Source: a virus (Duplodnaviria > Caudoviricetes). Taken from it: a DNA stretch of 38,399 nt. Where the stretch lies: the IMG/VR virus record IMGVR_UViG_3300005804_000120, positions 1-38,399 of that record; one strand, given 5' to 3'. This document shows positions 35,349 through 38,399 of the stretch, one piece after another. Every line of letters starts with the position of its first letter. Within the stretch, counting starts at the first letter, position 1. Below the pieces are notes generated by a model that saw only the letters and a program-made list of their open reading frames with translations, was not told the DNA's origin and did not search any database. The translations under genes were made by a program, and so were the position numbers.

Positions 35349-37490
35349 ATGCGGAGATTCATCACCATTTTAGGCGGCGTCCTGATCGCCGCTGTCCTGT
35401 ATGTGCCGATTTTGCATGCCGAGACGGCCATAACCAAACGGGCAACGAAAGGCGCTCCGCTCACGTGGACGGAGATGGACGGAAATTTCGAGAACCTGCG
35501 GTCAACGCTCGACGGGTTGTCGGCTTCCACCACCCAGGCAATCTTGGCCGTCCAGCAGGCCCAGCAGGGTGGCACGTACGGGTACCAGACAAAAACCGCC
35601 ATGGACGCGGATTTGGCTCACTCTGCCGGCACCCTGGCCATCGTGACCAACGATGCGACCACGGACAACAACACGTACTGGATTAAGCTCGGGGCCAGCG
35701 GCACGGGCTCATGGCAGAAATCGGCCATGCCACCAACCCTCCCGTTGGTGGATGGGCGGAGGTATGCTGATTTCCCCACGGCAGTGGCGGCCCAAGGCAG
35801 CACCCCGGGAACGCTGCTCATATCAACTGCTCTGCCCTGCGCTTCCGACGTGGCGGTCCCGGCCACGCTCCGGCTGGAATTTACGGCCGCTGGTTCCATC
35901 GGTGGAGCCTGCACCGTAACAGGGCTCGAGCAGGCGGACCCCCGCTGGTTCGGTGCGGTATTGGACAACCCCGCGGCCGACTCGACGGTGGCCATCCAGC
36001 GGGCAATAGATGCTGCGCCGAGGATAGTCTCGCCATCTGGCACCTATTACGTTTCCGGCCGACTAGTAATACTCAACCGGTCCGGATTCACCGCCGACCT
36101 GCCAGGGGTTACGTTCGCACAAACCGTGGCCACTCAACCGGTCTGGCACGTAAGCGGCTCCAGCAACGTGTTGCTGGCGAATTTTGCTATCCAGGGGTTG
36201 ATAGACAGTGCCGACGTAACCACGGCAGAGGCGGGGATCCGCGTCGACCCGAATCTGTCGGGAACGTCGGCGGCGAACAGCAACATCAGGATCGATGGCG
36301 TCACGTTCGCAGGTAATGCCTCGAACGCGATTTACCTGGGGAGGAACAATACCACCTATGGCGATCAGCGGAACATCAAGGTCGTAAACTGCTCAATGAA
36401 GGGCGGGTTGTCCTTTATGTTGGCGGCAAATCCTTACGACCTCACCGTCGACAACATCACTATCGTCCACCGCAACACGGCCGTCACGGGCAGCAGCATG
36501 TGCCAGGATGAGGACATTTCCATCTGGGCATTCACGTCCAACGGCATAGATGCCGCGAATATATCGGTCAGCAACATCAACATCGATGGGGCTGGGACCA
36601 GCACCAACACCTGCACCGGCAGGCCCAAAATCGCGGCCGTCGCGGAGGCCGGGTACGGCATCACGAACATCGTCTTCAACAATATCGTCATCCGGGACAA
36701 TATTGGCCAGTTCACGCCGGGCGGGGGCACCCACGGCGCCAGCGTCTATGCCACCGACCTGAACGCGGACAGGGTGCACATCAAGAACGCCCAGTTTGCC
36801 AATATCAGCACGTTCAATTCCCCCGGGATTTTCATTGAGGCCCGGAACCTCAATTTCAGCAACATCTCCCTGGACACATTCCCTGTCGTGACCGGGTTCT
36901 CCGGGTACGGCAGGGCCATCGACAGCGCGCAGGCAGCATCGACCGCGGGCTGTATATTCTCCAACGTTAGCATATCGAACTGGTCCGCTCAGGCTGCCGG
37001 CCAGCCCATCTTGTACACTGCCGAGTCTGGCGTGATTTTTAACGGTCTCAGAGTGACCAACTCCACGGGATCCATCTGGGCTGCCGATAAATCCATCTAC
37101 AACAGTCTGATTATCGACAATGTCACGGACGCCACCTATGGAGCGTTTTATCTGGGTGGTGGAGCCAAGAGTATCACCGTATCGAACAGCATTTTTAAAA
37201 ACATCACCGGGGTTGCCATCAAGCAGGTAACCGCGAATCCCGTCACCGGTATGACCATGGCAAACCTGGTGTTTTCGGGCAACGGCACGAATACGGACTT
37301 GGGAACCGGCAACAACAACATCTGGGGTGTTACCGGCATCAATCCCCAGATTCCCTCGACGGCCTGGAACGGGCCGCACATGGTGATGTATGCCTACCAT
37401 CTGTGGGTGGACGCCTCGGGGAGGCTGAGAATAAAATCCAGCGCTCCGACCAGCGATACGGACGGGACAATAGTGGGATCGCAGTCATAA
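35349..37490 (+). CDS. tailspike / beta-helix (pectate-lyase-like) receptor-binding protein with signal-peptide-like N-terminus
   Basis: KGAPLTWTEMDGNF anchor motif; PRWFGA...DSTVAIQRAIDA...PSGTYYV beta-helix start; Asn/Ile-rich repeats; C-terminal LWVDASGRLRIKSSAPTSDTDG. Confidence 0.8.
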   Translation: MRRFITILGGVLIAAVLYVPILHAETAITKRATKGAPLTWTEMDGNFENLRSTLDGLSASTTQAILAVQQAQQGGTYGYQTKTAMDADLAHSAGTLAIVTNDATTDNNTYWIKLGASGTGSWQKSAMPPTLPLVDGRRYADFPTAVAAQGSTPGTLLISTALPCASDVAVPATLRLEFTAAGSIGGACTVTGLEQADPRWFGAVLDNPAADSTVAIQRAIDAAPRIVSPSGTYYVSGRLVILNRSGFTADLPGVTFAQTVATQPVWHVSGSSNVLLANFAIQGLIDSADVTTAEAGIRVDPNLSGTSAANSNIRIDGVTFAGNASNAIYLGRNNTTYGDQRNIKVVNCSMKGGLSFMLAANPYDLTVDNITIVHRNTAVTGSSMCQDEDISIWAFTSNGIDAANISVSNINIDGAGTSTNTCTGRPKIAAVAEAGYGITNIVFNNIVIRDNIGQFTPGGGTHGASVYATDLNADRVHIKNAQFANISTFNSPGIFIEARNLNFSNISLDTFPVVTGFSGYGRAIDSAQAASTAGCIFSNVSISNWSAQAAGQPILYTAESGVIFNGLRVTNSTGSIWAADKSIYNSLIIDNVTDATYGAFYLGGGAKSITVSNSIFKNITGVAIKQVTANPVTGMTMANLVFSGNGTNTDLGTGNNNIWGVTGINPQIPSTAWNGPHMVMYAYHLWVDASGRLRIKSSAPTSDTDGTIVGSQS

Positions 37491-37494
37491 AAGA

Positions 37495-37600
37495 GGAAGC
37501 GACCGGGTCATGCTGCAACATGGCCCGGTCGCCTGACGCACAGAACCAACCTGTGAGCCAAGCCAAGGCTTCCCCGCCACGTACGAGGCACGGGAAGTCT
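37495..37600 (+). promoter_or_regulatory. putative structured RNA leader of the methylase gene
   Basis: 14-bp stem at 37499-37532; stem CACAG/CTGTG at 37539-37555; alternative pairings of GCTTCC. Confidence 0.5.
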
Positions 37601-37634
37601 ATCAAAAACCCTTTGATTTTCAAGGAGGCTCACA

Positions 37635-38399
37635 ATGACTTTCCACCCCATCATCCCCTGGATAGGCGGCAAACGCCGTCTGGCAAAACGCATCCTTCCA
37701 TTGTTCCCTGAGCATACCTGCTATGTCGAGCCATTTGCCGGCGGAGCAGCACTGTTTTTTCTGAAGGAGCCTGCGAGGGTCGAGGTCCTGAACGATTTCA
37801 ACAGTGAACTGGTGACCCTGTATAGGGTTGTGCAGAATCACCTGGAGGAGTTCGTCAGACAATTCAAGTGGTCACTGGTATCACGCCAGATGTTCGAGTG
37901 GCTCAAGGACACGCCTCCGCAGACCCTGACAGATATCCAGCGCGCAGCACGATTTTATTACCTGCAGAAGATGGCTTTCGGTGGGAAGGTGTCGGGTCGG
38001 ACATTCGGCATAGCACCGACAGAGCCTCCAAGGTTGAACCTGCTTCGCATCGAGGAGGATTTGAGCCAGGCTCACCTGAGACTGTCCAGGTGCTACATCG
38101 AGAACCTGGACTGGAAGCGATGCATAGAGAAGTACGACAGACCGTCGACGCTGTTCTTTTGCGACCCGCCATATTGGCAGACTGAAGGTTACGGCGTGGA
38201 GTTCGGGATCGAGCAATACCATGAACTCGCCAGTGCGATGAAGGCGGCAAAGGGGAAGGTTATCCTGACCATAAACGACCATCCTGAGATGAGGAAAGTG
38301 TTCGGCGGATTCAAATCAGAAATGGAGAAGATTAACTATACTGTCGGAGGGAGCAAGAAGGGCCAAAATCGACAGGAAATGATCGTCATGAACTGGTAA
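37635..38399 (+). CDS. DNA adenine methyltransferase (Dam/D12 class)
   Basis: WIGGK, YVEPFAGG, LND and DPPY motifs; AAGGAGG RBS; last gene, in the Mu mom position. Confidence 0.92.
   Translation: MTFHPIIPWIGGKRRLAKRILPLFPEHTCYVEPFAGGAALFFLKEPARVEVLNDFNSELVTLYRVVQNHLEEFVRQFKWSLVSRQMFEWLKDTPPQTLTDIQRAARFYYLQKMAFGGKVSGRTFGIAPTEPPRLNLLRIEEDLSQAHLRLSRCYIENLDWKRCIEKYDRPSTLFFCDPPYWQTEGYGVEFGIEQYHELASAMKAAKGKVILTINDHPEMRKVFGGFKSEMEKINYTVGGSKKGQNRQEMIVMNW

Larger units (their letters stand above)
1..38399 (+). mobile_element. Mu-like transposable prophage with siphovirus-type tail
   Basis: c/ner/A/B, gemA, gam, mor, lysis, head, tail and terminal DNA-modification genes in Mu order; no tyrosine or serine integrase. 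Confidence 0.93.

Noticed and set aside
35349-37490. Tailspike as a second DGR target
   Set aside because: No TR-like sequence or GGGTTCCGCCCCGCT end seen by eye at its 3' end or elsewhere in the window
1-38399. Mu-type TG...CA ends, invertible G segment/gin, tail sheath, CRISPR array, tRNA
   Set aside because: None seen; the window is cropped at a start codon and a stop codon, so the ends probably lie outside it

Overview
The window is a near-complete Mu-like (transposable) prophage with a non-contractile, siphovirus-type tail; the TG...CA ends are not visible. Gene order: repressor and divergent Ner-like gene; DDE transposase and AAA+ ATPase; a semi-essential region (GemA, Gam-like, DUF5131, many micro-ORFs); Mor/C activator; lysis genes; terminase, portal, gpF-like protein and a fused protease/scaffold/capsid gene; neck, tail tube, frameshifted chaperones, tape measure, tail tip and beta-helix tailspike; and a Dam-like methylase in the Mu mom position. 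Highlights: (1) a complete diversity-generating retroelement (target-VR, hairpin, avd, TR, RT; 12 TR/VR mismatches, all at TR adenines) sitting among the head/neck genes rather than at the tail fibre. (2) A 420-bp domain duplicated between the gene just upstream of the DGR target and the C-terminus of a distal-tail-like protein. (3) Two apparent virion proteins with Sec-type signal peptides. (4) A DUF5131 gene bounded by attC-like sites with cassette-type end complementarity, although no integron integrase is present. (5) Dispersed palindromes and heptamer repeats, some translated in-frame; they resemble repeats described in Geobacter-like bacteria, so the host assignment is an inference only. 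All family calls come from motif recognition and gene order, not database searches.
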